This document shows, one piece after another, positions 40,906 through 55,463 of a DNA stretch of 64,000 nt. How positions within the stretch are numbered: the first letter of the stretch is position 1; every line of letters starts with the position of its first letter. Made by a program: the position numbers and the translations under genes. The stretch covers positions 215,574,001 to 215,638,000 of the forward strand of contig OX597814.1 of assembly GCA_951406725.2 (NCBI GenBank). Reading direction: 5' to 3'. A model generated the notes under the pieces. The model was not told the DNA's origin and did no database searches. It was given only the letters and a program-made list of their open reading frames with translations. This stretch comes from Octopus vulgaris. Its lineage: Eukaryota.

Positions 40906-41438
40906 TATGTGTGTGTGTGTGAGCGTGTATATGATGTATGTATATATATGTGTGTGTATGTGTGTGTGTGTGTGTGAGCTTGTATATGATGTATGTATAT
41001 ATATGTGTGTGTGTAGACACGGATATATAGATAGATATATAAATCTTTACACATACATACATATGTGTGTGTATATATATACCTGAATGTATGTATGTAT
41101 ATGTATTGAGAATTTTGAGATCAAATCAACTGATTTCTATAAGTAGCACGTTCGGTTAATAAATTGCTAACGCATTGGCTATGTTCGATTTTTATGCAAC
41201 AAGACCACGAAATAAAGAGCATAGATTTCATCCAAACGTACATAGTTGCCGACGAAATATCAAAAATGATTTACCTCTCTCCAATCGATCTCTCCATCCT
41301 GTTCGCGAAGGTAGCTTATAAAAAGAAAATCGTTTTGCGACTGTTCAGTGATTTTAAGTAACTTTAATTTAAGCACATAGTTTATTAATTAGTAGAATGC
41401 TGGATGAATTCGTGGCCGTGTAACTTCAGGAGACTTTT

Positions 41439-42020
41439 CGGATCTTTGTGGTTTTCGTCACTGTTTACAATTATCTTTAAAAAAAAATTTAATGTATCAT
41501 ATAAATGTAATTTTTGACGCTGAATCCGAATTCGTAATTCATTTATTCCAGAAAAACTTTGCAAAAAAGTTACAGGTGTTCAAAGTTTGAAAATTTTCAG
41601 AATTTTCAGCCAATCAGAAAACAGCGCGTTCGCTGTGTCTTCCATCATGGGGGAGGGGAAGGGGCATCGCCATGTCAACACATTGCTAGAAATAACAGTC
41701 AAAACATTCAAATATACACGAATGAATTGAACATTAAAACGTTCGCGAGCAAATTAAATATTTAAAAGCTACGAACAAACAAACCAACAGGAGTTGCTAG
41801 AAATAACAGTCAAATCATTTATTAGTTTTAAAATATTCAAGAACGAAAGTTTACAATGCACTCTAGGATTTTATAAAATAAACTAGCTGGTTCTGTGCTG
41901 TCAAAAATGACGGCTAATTGTAGTATTTTATATATAAGTATGGATGGCAAATCAAATTAATTCGCTTGTCAATGTTATCTAGTTGTTGCTTTTGAGATGT
42001 GACATCGATCATCGTTTGTT

Positions 42021-42051
<31 letters not shown>

Positions 42052-42462
42052 TTCACATACCGCCCTTTTACATGCACACACATATACTCACACAGATTTG
42101 GAACACTCCCACTACCAGTTTGCCATCACCCATTCCTTTCTCATTCGTATGTTGTGACGGAGAAAAACACTGGAGCATTGTTATAGTAGAGGATTATCTT
42201 CTCGTATCTCCTACTCCTCCTTGTGCGCATGCGCAACATCTTTGGTTACTATGGAAACAGATTTTCGCCACGGTGATGTGTAAAGTACTTGCTCTGGTTG
42301 GCTAAAATACCCAAATTTTGCCAATTTTAAGGCTAATAACTTTTTTAATAATGGATTTATAAGGAAAATGAATTTCATTTTCATAACTAGTATGCAAAAC
42401 ACAATCCGTATACCAAATTTGAAAACAACTGGAACAAAACTGACGAAAACCGCAAAGATCCG
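41439..42462. mobile_element. Non-autonomous TIR DNA transposon (~1 kb)
   Basis: TIRs cggatctttgtggttttcgtca and tgacgaaaaccgcaaagatccg, flanked by direct repeat actttt (41433-38, 42463-68). No ORF. Confidence 0.8.
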
Positions 42463-43088
42463 ACTTTTGCAAAACTTCTGCTGCAGTATTTAACTGTTGC
42501 CTCTCTGAGCGGGAAACAATCAAAGACAGCTAACCAATAGCCATTGATCTCATTTGTGTTTCATACAGGTATTTTTTATATATTTAGAACAGCCAGAAGT
42601 AGCCAATAAGCTATTGGCTTTCTTTACTCTTCGCTCTCTTACCACGAAACAATTTTTTTCTGAAACTCCAAATTGTAATGGCGAACAAAAACTTAATATG
42701 CAGAATTTATGATTACTAACCAAGTATTCCAGCTACTGTTTCATATTGCTTGTGTTAGTTTCTTTCTTTTATCGCTCTCGTTGTTATTATCTACTTTATT
42801 TCTTGGTTTTCTATAGTATTTTTAAAAAACATATCTCATGAATGAGAGAATTATGTGCTTTCTTTAAATAGATCGCAAAATGGCCTTTTTATTGACTAGC
42901 ACGAAATAAAGATGTCATATCATTTTTGATGGATATTGTGCACAATATCATATGTCTAGTGTTCTTTTCATAATGACTATTATTTAACTCATAGATTAGG
43001 ATAGCACTGCAAATCGATTTATGAATTTCTATTGTTGGGCTACTATTTTTTGCATAAGTATTTATATATATGTGTGTGTATTTATATA

Positions 43089-43146
<58 letters not shown>

Positions 43147-43457
43147 GAAATATAGTACTTGTTCCATTATTTTAAAAAGCGGGCCACTGCATGTTTTACT
43201 ATATAACCGTCTTACTATATAACCATCAACCTACCTACCCGCCTACCTACCTACATAATACATACATACATATATACATACATGCTCACCTGCCTGCATG
43301 CATTGTTACATATATACATATAAGTCTATCTGCGTATTTATTTATATGTCTGTGTATATATACAAGTATATGTATTTTGGTAAATGTCTTTAGATTATAA
43401 TATAATCATTATAAATATATATATATATACACATATGTATGTGTGTATGTGTGTATG

Positions 43458-43500
<43 letters not shown>

Positions 43501-43577
43501 GTGTGTATATATATATGTATATATACATATACATACATACATACATATATATAAATATATATATATATGTATATATG

Positions 43578-43628
<51 letters not shown>

Positions 43629-45092
43629 GGTGGAGACAAAGGGAAAAAAGGAAGACATAGATAAATAAATTTCTAAAAGAATGGAACAATCTTGTATTTT
43701 TTCGATATTGCAATTTATAGTAATCAGTTATGAAGCAGACTGTAAGATTATTTCTTTTTCTGTCTTATGCCCTTTGGTGCCTCAAGTGCATTTCACACAA
43801 AAGTTTGAATCACCTATTTCTTCTTAAATATAATTCCTTAACCGTGAATAATTCATATATCTAATCTAATCTTATCACAAGTACCTTAAAATATCCAATT
43901 AAAGGAAATATACTAACAGAATTTTAAAGTCTTCAGAATAATTTTTCGTTGATAATATTTCTCTTTGTCGCCTGTGTATAAAAATTACTTACATTAAATA
44001 TTTAAATATGCCTTTATTACTTAAAACTGTATTGTCTTTTAATTTCTAAAGGTATTTTCAAGCAAGGTCTGAGTTTCTATGGGGGGAAAAAAAGAGTAGA
44101 ATATCTTTTGTTTTGATAGTTCAATTGTTTTTTTCCGTATTACAGTAGAAACAACAAATCTTGTCTGTATAGTAAATGTTTCTAATTAATATAATTTCCT
44201 TTTCAGTAATATCATCAAGCTGTCAGGCTCTAATCAGTTTTGTCTGAAATGATTAGTCAGTACAATTGGTTCTTTTAAATTGTCTGTGGTTGAGAGGCAG
44301 TGATTAATTGTTGAGTTGTACAATCCGGTGACTTGAATGAATGTTTGTACTGCTAAGTATAGGCTGGAAGTTTTAGAGAAGGGATACAGTTCTCAGTTGG
44401 AAAGATCCGGCTGGGTATTAGTAGAAAATCCGAGATGGTATGAAAAGAGAAGTAATAAATTCATGTGGTAGAGAGACAAAGAAAGAGAGAGAAAGAGAAA
44501 GCGCAAGAGAGAGAGAGAGCGTCTAGGGGAGAATGAGATAATGTGGACAATTCCATTGAATTTGAAATCATTTAATATCGGCTGGAAATATAAAACAGGA
44601 ATAACAGCTGATTATCTTGAAAAAGTATTGACCTACAAAACGAAGGTCAGTTCGTATTTTGTTATGAGCATTGCCCTTTATTTGTGATCAAGATACTTAA
44701 TTCTAAACGTCAGTCTAATTAGCAGTATATAGCTATCCTGTGGAAGAAACAATTCCCTGATTTTAAGTAGCTACTGTACCACAAAATAAACAGGCGTTTC
44801 AATAGTTTGTGGAATCAAATTCACCTCAGTTGAGAAATTGGTTTTAAGGAGGATCTTATTCTAAATATGCTTCATGGAGTTGAAAACTACTCTGATGCAT
44901 GCTACGTTAAGGTACTCGCTACGAAATATAATTTTGTGTTTATATAAGTTTTTGCATTATGTTTCCAGAAATTGTAATTTTAAAGTGAATTTTGAATGTT
45001 TGTGTGTGATATAACCTTCATTAAAGTAAATAAAAATTAAAATAGTTTCATAAATATAAATTTGTATTATTTATAGTTAATATATATGTATG

Positions 45093-45134
<42 letters not shown>

Positions 45135-45138
<4 letters not shown>

Positions 45139-45670
45139 TGCTATTATGGTACCTATATTTGGAAGGTTTAAATTCCTCATAAAAGGGTTGGATTTAAACT
45201 GCCCCTTCCTCTATCTATAAATAGAAAAATTCTTGATTGTCTCCACTGAACTTAATAGAAACCCCCCTCCCCATTGGTAAATCTAAATAACAAAGTGAAC
45301 TCAGTGATTAAAAGATGTGCCCATGAGTTAAGATCTTCTACTACCACGTTTTTATTGATGAAATTCACCTCGCTGCCTATACACCTAACCTCTTTGTAAT
45401 GTTGGCAAATGGAATAAGTACAAAAATGAACATTTTAATAATTCCATATGTGGCTGAAGAGTGCTCTACATTTTAAAACTGATGTAATACTTACATTGTT
45501 TAATTAAATGAAGTAGCATGAAACGATTGTACTATACTATCTTTGGATATCCTTGTTGCTTATTTTGATTATAATCACTCCATTTTGAATTATATGGATA
45601 ATACCATACCAAATTCTGGTGCCTTTAACTTAAGTACCATATTCATCTGAATCTAAATTTTTGCTGAACT
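45135..45670 (+). mobile_element. Penelope-like terminal fragment between (TA)n tracts
   Basis: Contains a hammerhead; its tail motifs (tataatcac..., tggtgc...taa.tta.gtaccatattca) are homologous to the minus strand of 20426-20543. Confidence 0.65.
45449..45536 (+). ncRNA. Type I hammerhead ribozyme motif
   Basis: Stem I UGUGG/CUAUA; core CUGAAGA (45454-60); stem II GUGCU...AGCAU (45461-45519) with inner AUGUAA/UUACAU hairpin; GAAA-C-GAUU-G-UA. Predicted cleavage after A45531. Confidence 0.78.
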
Positions 45671-45776
45671 TATATATATATATATATATATATAGGTGTG
45701 TGTATGTATTTATCAAACTATCTATCAATCTATCTATATGCATATATATATCACTCTCTCCATTTCTGTGTATATA

Positions 45777-45829
<53 letters not shown>

Positions 45830-46249
45830 TTACATACTGTCTATTGTATTGTCACATGAATTCATTTTGCCAAATTATTGATCGGTTCTGTTAATCCAAC
45901 ATCCAATTCCTCAAGTACATTCTAAGAAAATTACTTCTCAGCGTGGTATAATTAACTGATTTTTTTCCCCAGTATTAGATATTACCATTTCCATTTTTAA
46001 ATGCCATATTTTTGAAGTTTCTGAACTCTTTTTCGATTATTACCTCAGGTTTTTTTTTATATGATACATCTCAAAGAAAGTCTATTCTCAGCCTCCATAC
46101 ATATATGTAGAACATATTCGTAGAAATTCATTACCTATGTCTCTCTATCTCTCTTTATCCCCCTCTCTCTTCCTCTCTTCATGCATCAAACCCTCTTCAA
46201 CTAATCCTCCTCCTCTCTCCTCTCTTCCTCTCACACCTACTCCCAACTT

Positions 46250-46300
<51 letters not shown>

Positions 46301-46338
46301 TATATGTATATATATGTATATATATATATATGTGTGCG

Positions 46339-46370
<32 letters not shown>

Positions 46371-47029
46371 AAGAGAGAGAGATACATATATATATAGTGT
46401 GTGTGTGTGTATGTGTGTCTGTGTGTGATTCATTCTTCTCCACGTAAGATTCCCGTCTTCTTGTGCCTTCTTATTGTCAGTGGCATTTCTGACTTTCAGC
46501 AGATGCAGTGACAAACGAGATCATCGTAAAGAAAGATTTGTTCGTCTTTGGGTGATGTACCACTCTTTGGGTCTCCGTGATTAGTACCTAATAAACATGG
46601 GAAAGTGAAATTGTCGCTTCGCTCTCCTAGAATGATTCTATAACAACAGCTAAAGAACCCTTACACCCGATAGTTTTAAAGCGCATCCTGACACCTACCA
46701 AGGGTGTTTCTGCGTCCCTGCGCTCAGATGGAATGTCGTCACGTGTGCTAGTTAGCCCATAACTGGAACACGAACAGGTATTTGTATTCCAGGTCAGAAT
46801 AGATTGGGTAGAACACTGGCTAAGAAGTGGTTCTGTACTCCTCAAAACCCTTGAATTTCCTAACCACCAGAATCCCACTACCTGATGCAGTTGAAAGTCA
46901 TAGCCCGGCCGGATATATACATTCATATACATGCAAGCATGCATGCATGCATCCATGCATACATACATACTCCCCACCACTGCCAGATATATGAAGTCGT
47001 GTGCATATTTGTACGAGTATACCAAATAT

Positions 47030-47320
47030 CACGTGATCACGTGACCGACCAGACCATCAGATGTTGTTACACATCGCTGGTCACAATGCGTTCGCATTGT
47101 TTTAGCCTTCGAATGACGCCACCCCGCTGGCTAAGCGAGCAGGCCAACAGAAGAAAGAGTCGGAGAAATAGTGGTGAAAGAGTACAGCAGGGATCACCAC
47201 CCCCTGCCGGAGCCTCGTGGAGCTTTTTTGGTGTTTTCGCTCAATAAACACACACAACGCCCGCTCTGGGAATCGAAACCGCGATCCGCTGCCCTAACCA
47301 CTAGGCCATTGCGCCTCCAC
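47030..47320 (-). mobile_element. Chimeric SINE: family-C head with an alternative tail, with TSD
   Basis: 47150-47318 matches the family-C head and 47030-47148 matches 3821-3935; 11-bp direct repeat ataccaaatat at 47019-29 and 47321-31. Confidence 0.9.
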
Positions 47321-48449
47321 ATACCAAATATACGATTGTATATTTTATGAATGTATATGCAGTATTGCCATTTTGTAGAGTTTTATTTTCTATTTTTAAA
47401 TATACTATTAGTATCAACAACCAGACCATAGAGTTCAATGAATTATTTTCATTTTATTATTACCTATAAAACAGAATAAGCGGTACAATAACATTTGAAT
47501 GTGTTTTTATAGAGTGTATGTAGCTCTCTCTGAAACTTTAATAACATACGTTGATTGCAAAAGACAGAAATCCAGAAAAAATTGTGAAAAGGTTTTCACA
47601 GAATTATTTTTTCATTTACTTTTCGTAAATATGACAGCTATTCTATGAAGATGTCTGGAAGATGTCTGAAGATAACATTTAAAATGTCATGTATATTAAT
47701 TTTATATAAGAAAGACACTGATGCCGTCTTGTTTTTTTTTCTTCATAGTGTTGAATTAAGCTTACCGCATACTAAAGACCTGCGTTTACTGTTTATTCGA
47801 TTTGTTCGCTTGACTGCAAATAAATGCGGTTATTCTGCGTCTGACAGTATTGCTTAGAGCTTATCATACGACTGGATGCTATCATAAAAATGTGACGTGT
47901 ATGTGAAGTTCGACATTTCATACAAGAGATTTAACAACAGCATAACGCCTACCTGAATCTAATCATACAATTACATATCTTACTAATATAATAAATACTT
48001 TGAAAATATACTTTTTGAAATTGTATTCTGAGCGAAAGAACATTATATATAATGCGGTTAGTTTAAGTTATTTAAAAAAATTGAACGTTTCTTATCAAAC
48101 GAAGAACAATATTTCAGTAGTAGCCAGTTTTTTGGATTTTATTTTTCAAAGTGACTTTCCAGCAATTTTCTTTGATAGTGATACAAGAAGTACTTGAACA
48201 CAATGCCAACAGCTTAATATAAACTTAAAAATTACAATGAAACAAGGGTCACTTTATCCTTTCTGCCAATCCAAAGTTCCATATAATACAGGGTGTAACT
48301 CACTAGTATCTTACTCTTTTAGTTGGTTTTCAGATTTTTCCAATGACAGTTTTCAAGCTCATACAATAACACTCTTCTCAATCTCTCCGTCTTTACCTGT
48401 CCTCGTAACATGTGCACCCAGTCTTGATTCAACACCAGCAAATCGATTA

Positions 48450-49680
48450 TTGCAGATATTTGACCAAAATAATGCACCCTATACCTACTTTCTACCTTTG
48501 CAAAATTTTCAATGTTTTTCTGTCACTGGAGAAATTTATTCCAATTTATAGAAAGTGGCTAAAAAATAGATTGGTCGATTACTTTCACTTTCTGTACCTC
48601 AGAGGTGAAGGAAACAATAACAATCTCAACGATAAAATTCCTTGATAGAAAATGTAGTTCTAGATATACATGCAAAAACAAAATCCGAAAAAAAATTTTT
48701 TTTTTATCATTGACCTGTTCAATCGAAGTTGACGTAGGGATAAACATAGGCAACTTAAAATTCTTTTCATATATGTATAACCGTTAATATGGCTTTATAT
48801 CAAGCTATATCAATCGGTCTCCTTTTTTCGCGCCACGCATCATTTATCTCCCATCTTTGAGAAATCCTGTAAAAAGCCTTCGACCATGTTTGACATGAAA
48901 AACTGTTAGCTCAGTTTCTCTCCTGAGGACTCCTATCTCTCATGTGTAAAATTCAGAGTTTCTGGTATAACGACTGGTTTACAGTGTGAATAGAATTTTT
49001 TTCCAACTTAATTCTGTACGTGTTTGTGTGTCATAAGTTTTGGTTATGTCTCCCAGACTTTAACTTCTTAAAATCAATATCATACTGGCTATAAAGCTTA
49101 ATCTCATTTAGACTTCAATGCAAATAGTATCTATTTCTCTTTAGTTTTCCTTGCCGAGGCAGCGGCATCCAAACGCAACTGATACATCTCAAGCCAGATG
49201 CACACTGCTTCCTCGAACAAAATTCCCAGATAATATTCTCAAGTGATAACCTAATCGCCTTCAACACTTCAAAAATACAAACACTGTGCAGCAATGAAAC
49301 TGTCATGTACCTTCTGCCGGCACTTATTAAAAGCATTTAGATTCTTTACAAATAAGTGACGATCACATGACATATAAAAATTTACTAAAATTGCATTCCA
49401 AAGTTTAAGTTTCTGCTTCAGCTGTAATCAATTCTACACAGCTTCATCGAGTTGCATTGTCCAATACAGTGCTGTATTTTTGCACACAAGAATCTCATAC
49501 AATATTCTTCACAAAAACAAAAATACATAACATTTAAATGTATAGCGGTGACTCGTTGAATTAAATGGTATGAGCATTCTTTCTTACAGGCATTATATCT
49601 TCCTTCGGTGTCTTATAGTTATTAATGCGAACTCTGTTGTTCAAACATAGCATTTAGTGCACCATCTTCACCTGGTACCA
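48450..49680 (-). pseudogene. Possible very old LINE (RTE-like) RT remnant
   Basis: Scattered collinear minus-strand motifs PGEDG, NLNAFNK, IFEVLKAI, PRQG, KDGR and FFSH resemble LINE RT motifs; many stops. Confidence 0.35.
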
Positions 49681-49733
49681 TTTGATTAATCTTTTGTCTC
49701 TTCTCTCGTCTACTCTGTTTCGTCATACATATA

Positions 49734-49872
49734 GACGCAGGCGTGGCTGTGTGGTAAGAAGCTTGCTTCCCAACCATATGTTCCCGGGCTCAGTCCCATT
49801 ATGTGGTACCTTGGTCAGTTGTCTTCTATAATAGCCTCGGTCCGGTCAAAGTCTTGTGAGTGGATTTGGTAG
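49734..49872 (+). mobile_element. SINE family B, 5' half (3' tail resumes at ~50665-50722)
   Basis: Collinear with 24196-24335; the tail ggcggtgtcccagcatgaccacagtcaaatgactgaaac occurs ~790 bp downstream. Confidence 0.82.
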
Positions 49873-52033
49873 GCAAAAAGGTGAATAGTAATTCCACATC
49901 ACTAGCCCGCCACATACACCATCTAATTAATAGAAAAATATAGGAAAAAATGTCCTGGGCTATGATAGACTCGGGTACCCCATATCAGGGCCAACACTCT
50001 AGTTGTGGACTTTGCTCAAAAGGTCTCAAAATTCTAACCCCAAATTCACTACAATTGCTTTATAAATACGAGGCCTTCACTACGTGTAAGCACAAATTCT
50101 CCCGCACTTTTAAATTCTTTATAAATCTAAATGTAAGCTCACCCCACCCACGAATAGCACCTACATACAAACCCCTATGATCATTAACACATACCCCTTC
50201 TATATCTCTATAACTCTTATTTCTATCTTATGTCTTACCTTATATCTATCTACCGTACCTCATCACGCTATGAGATAAATATTAATTCTTTAATTTATCC
50301 TAAATCTATTTTAAACCATAACCCAATAAATCCCCTACTATAAACCCCTAACTCTAATTCCCACTCATAAATAATTTAATATTCAACTAGCTCTTCCTTT
50401 CTCGACTACCTACGCACACACAACCCCATTGCTAAAAATAACTCTACAGCCACTGACCTTAGCCAGGACGGAGACAAGCAATTACTACCAAATTTCCTCC
50501 CCAATAACTTCAGACTTTGAGACTACCAGACATCTACTACTCTCTTTAAATTCCTTTCATTTCGCTCTATTTTTGTTTACCTTATCTTCCTCTGCCTCCT
50601 CATCCTCTCTCTTATCTTCTTGTCTACCCCGTACACTATTCTTAGACACCAAGCACATATGCACCTTACGGCGGTGTCCCAGCATGACCACAGTCAAATG
50701 ACTGAAACGAATAAAGGATAAAACAAGGATGCAATCCAACAATGTTTTGTCCAGCCATTTCTCCCAAAGTCGCGGCCTGCAGAAATACCTTCTCTTCCTA
50801 CGATTCTCTTAAAGACGTTCACTTACTGATGTTCGGACAATACCGACTGCGTCGACCGCACCAATATAAGAGAGTTTACAAACGTTTGAGCACAGCTTCT
50901 CTTTTGGTTTCTGAATTTAAAAACAATAAGAATACTAATACGGTGTAGGCTTTAGGTTAGAGTACACTGTGTCAATCATCCCAACCAAATCTACCTGACT
51001 ATATTGAGCTTATGACTGAAAATATTAGTTACACAAGAACATGACGTGTCATAAATTCAAATGCCTGTTATGATTTTAGCAATACTCTTTCCTTTAATAA
51101 TCCACTTAATTATTGGAAATATGTTTATTCTAAGTGACTGCTAACATCAAAACGCAGTTTACAATCTACTAGAAAAACATAGTTTTGATTTAATCTTCTT
51201 ATTTGGTAGAATCTTCTCAGAAAATATTTCTTGCTTGGCTTAGTTTGAAAAGCTTTTGGTTCTTGACAGAGCTTAAGAGTTTACATATGTCAGCTATGTA
51301 ATAGGAAGTTGTTTCAATCGAGCTGAAGTATCATAAGCGTGTCGAGTGAGCTCTTGAATTAACATTGAAAACAATCATGTAAGTTCGTAAGAAATTAACT
51401 CTCGTTTTTTCTCATTCTTTTTTGTTTAGTTTTTGTTTTGTACTAACAATATCTTGACATACATTCCAAGTGTCGCAATCTATTGTTTTATATTCATCTG
51501 TTATTGATCTGAAATTAAACCAGAGATTTATCAATTATCGATACAACGCAGGAAATAAATATACGCCATATATATTTCATGTCTTTATTTGGTTTTCTTT
51601 TCATGCGGCATATTAGTAGTAGAACGAGTTATATCAGAAGTCCATGTGTTCTGTTTGGAAGTAATTTCAAATGTCAAGTCTGTATTCCAATCATTTCTTT
51701 TCAATTGGTTGTATTTAAAGTTCATGCATAAATTACTAATTTTCGTGTTGTCCAGTAGAGTCCGTTAACTAGGCGACACAATGACATACTGCATTTATTT
51801 TCTGTATCCAGGATATGCAACATACTGCTACACTACTTTCTCTCCAAGTTCTTGCGTAAATACTTTAGACTCATTACAACTTATGATGTTTAATCGTAAT
51901 CTGTTGTCATGTGAATTCCCTTCTATTCCTTTTAACGCGTTATTTCCTCCCATTTACCATATTAACACTTCCATTCCGCATACCCCTAATGTGACAACAT
52001 TTTCTTATAAACTATATTATATTACCTCAGTTA

Positions 52034-52396
<363 letters not shown>

Positions 52397-52468
52397 TCAT
52401 CATCATCATCATCATCATTATTATTATTATTATTATTATTACTATTATTCTTCTTCTTCTTCTTCTTC

Positions 52469-52509
<41 letters not shown>

Positions 52510-52510
52510 T

Positions 52511-52916
52511 TATGTTTGACTTTTGCATTACATTTGTACAAGTTGGCTCCAAGTCTCACCCAGAGACCTCAAGAGACAACAAGATAGAAGTTCATGTTGG
52601 CGTTATGCCTAGGGTGTCATATATTTGGTTTTGTGCATAGATAATGTTTAAGAAAACATAAGAAAATTATGAGTTAGCTTTAAAATTTGAGATTATATAG
52701 TCAGTATTTTACGTAGGATATGGGCAGTTCCCATGAGCACTATCTTTTGAATTTCTGCCATTTTGGGATTTCCTAGTGTCTGAGCTAGGTAACAATCAGC
52801 GCCTTTTGTTATCATTCACAGGGCACCTATGACAACAGGTATTGTTTTAGTCTTCAGGTTCCACATTTTGCTAATTTCTATTTCATGGTCTTTATATTTG
52901 CTCAGTTTTTGGTAGT

Positions 52917-52917
<1 letters not shown>
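52511..52917 (-). mobile_element. 5'-truncated Dong/R4-like non-LTR 3' end (second subfamily)
   Basis: Minus strand YQKLSKYKDHEIEISKMWNLKTKTIPVVIGAL*MITKG...GTAHILRKILTI* (52693-52917), homologous to 35738-35977; embedded in (TAA)n. Confidence 0.85.
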
Positions 52918-52975
<58 letters not shown>

Positions 52976-52986
52976 TAATAATAATA

Positions 52987-53018
<32 letters not shown>

Positions 53019-53065
53019 CATCATCATCATCATTATTATTATTATTATTATTATCATCATCATCA

Positions 53066-53126
<61 letters not shown>

Positions 53127-55037
53127 ACTGGTAAGCAATAAAGGTTTTTTCACCGAAAACAATTACTATATCATTTAATGGACGTATCCTCCATTCATTT
53201 GGGAATTTGTTAAAACAGTATAGAGCCAGGCTGTAGCTTTACAGTGTCTAATTTCAACACTCTACGCTCTGACTCGACTTCGCCTTAGTAACTTCTGGGG
53301 TCGATAAAATAGGTAGGAAACATATTGGGGTCGATCTGATAAGTATATCCACTCCTACACATTTCCAAGCGTTCAGAACAAATTATTTTTTTTAAAAATC
53401 AATATTTTTTCAAACTCCATTATTTTTCTCTTCCTATATCATGTTGTTCCATGTCTTTCGCTTCTTCACACATTTTCTGCAATACTTAAACAGTATTTGT
53501 TATTCTCTCTTCAGCAAAAGATTATTCATTCCTTAATTCTCTTTTCCATGTCATTCATAGCCACTGGCACATGATATATTGCCATATATCATGTTACCTT
53601 CTTTATTGTTTCCTTTCATATATTTTATGTCCATGCTTCCATCATCATCATCATCATCATCATCATTTGAATGTTCCATTAATGATTCCGTTTAGCATTT
53701 CTGTATCTCTTTTCTTAAAAACTGAATCACATTTATCACATACTGCTATTGAAACCGTTCGATACCTTATGGTATACCCTAAATATCTGTCAAATGACTC
53801 CAGATTTAGAAGAGAATTTCATCTTTATTTGGATTTATTTCGTGCTAATATTCCCACTCTAAGCTGTGAAAGTTAGAAAGTTAATTCTCACCATGACAGA
53901 AATAGATGTGTATATGAATGCGCACAGAAAATTTGAGCCTGGCAAAATGGCTTTCAGCATTTAGTTACGTCTTTTTACGTGGTATTTAAATCTTGTTGGA
54001 ATAGACTTTTACATTTCTCATACTGGTGTCAATAAAATGAGTAACAGTCAAGCCATTATTGAATTGACTGAGCACCCAAAAGTCATTTGGTATTATACCA
54101 ATGTTAGAAAACATTATTAAGATCATAAGATCGATGGAAATTCTGATCGTTGGAGTTCAATCTGCATCAGAGTCTAGTTTCACTTTCCTTATCTACCCGT
54201 TCAAATTTACTTTTATTTTTCCGAAGTTAAAATCTATTCCAGTAAAATGCTGTATTCACTTTACTCGGTTCACTTTCTGTGTTATGAATTGATATGTGCG
54301 ATTATTCATTATCACAATAGTTTTTAGTCCTGCAAGGAATATGTTTCTCTTGTCAAAAAATATGAGTTCCCAAGCCGAAGCACCCGGCCTAGCTAGAGTT
54401 CTGCGCTTTGGTTTTTCATTAGGTAGGGGTTAGAGTGAACCAGCTTTGAGCTAGTAAGCTTGCCCTTGAACATTAAAACTTGGCATCCTTTCTTCTTTTG
54501 CACTTGACATATAGTAAGCGAATGAAAATCGACCCAGAAATAAACACGAGAGCGATAGATACGTATTTCGCCGTGAATTCAGCTTATAAATACTAGGCAC
54601 TCATGTCACTTCCGAAAGGAAATGGAAATCTTGTAGTAAATACAGATAATATAAAAAATATTTGCTAATTTGTAATGGTGCTGCAAAACTAGAATAAATT
54701 TGGATTATAAATTCAGTAACTTTTTTGACTATTTGTATATACTTCATGCCAGAGATTTCGTATAAACAGCAATTACGGCAAAATACGTCTCTACCACCCT
54801 CGTGTTCTCTTCTGGGGCGATTTCGTTTCTGTAGTATACTATGTTTTTTAACACTATATGTCTTTAATGAATGTTTTCCGGACAATAAATCGCGGTTTCT
54901 GGCGTTTAAACAACACCTGCGCGTTAAGTATGTGGTAACAGCATTTACGTTATAAAACTGCTTCTGTTGCATAATCTGAATATATATGTGTGTGTGTAAG
55001 AAAATTAAGAATATATATATATACAAGAAAATTAAGA

Positions 55038-55092
<55 letters not shown>

Positions 55093-55363
55093 AAAACATT
55101 AAGAAAATTTACAGTCTTGGAGTTAGAGTCATTTACAGTCATGGAGCTTAACACCTGAAAATTGAATAAATATAAGCAAATTTAAAAGTAAAACATTTAG
55201 AGAAACATTGTTACACCTTCTGTGGTACTTGAAATTGAAACCGTATATTAATTTTCCGAACATATTTTTAAATGAAGTTCAGTTTTTCACAATATACCGA
55301 ATAAACAAAATCGTCTAAGAGAGGTGGGGGAGAAAGTATGTGCGTGTTTGTGTGTGTATGTGT

Positions 55364-55392
55364 GAGAGAGAGAGAGACAGAGAGAGAGAGAG

Positions 55393-55463
<71 letters not shown>
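55364..55463. repeat. (GA)n/(GAAA)n microsatellite
   Basis: Directly visible. Confidence 0.95.
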
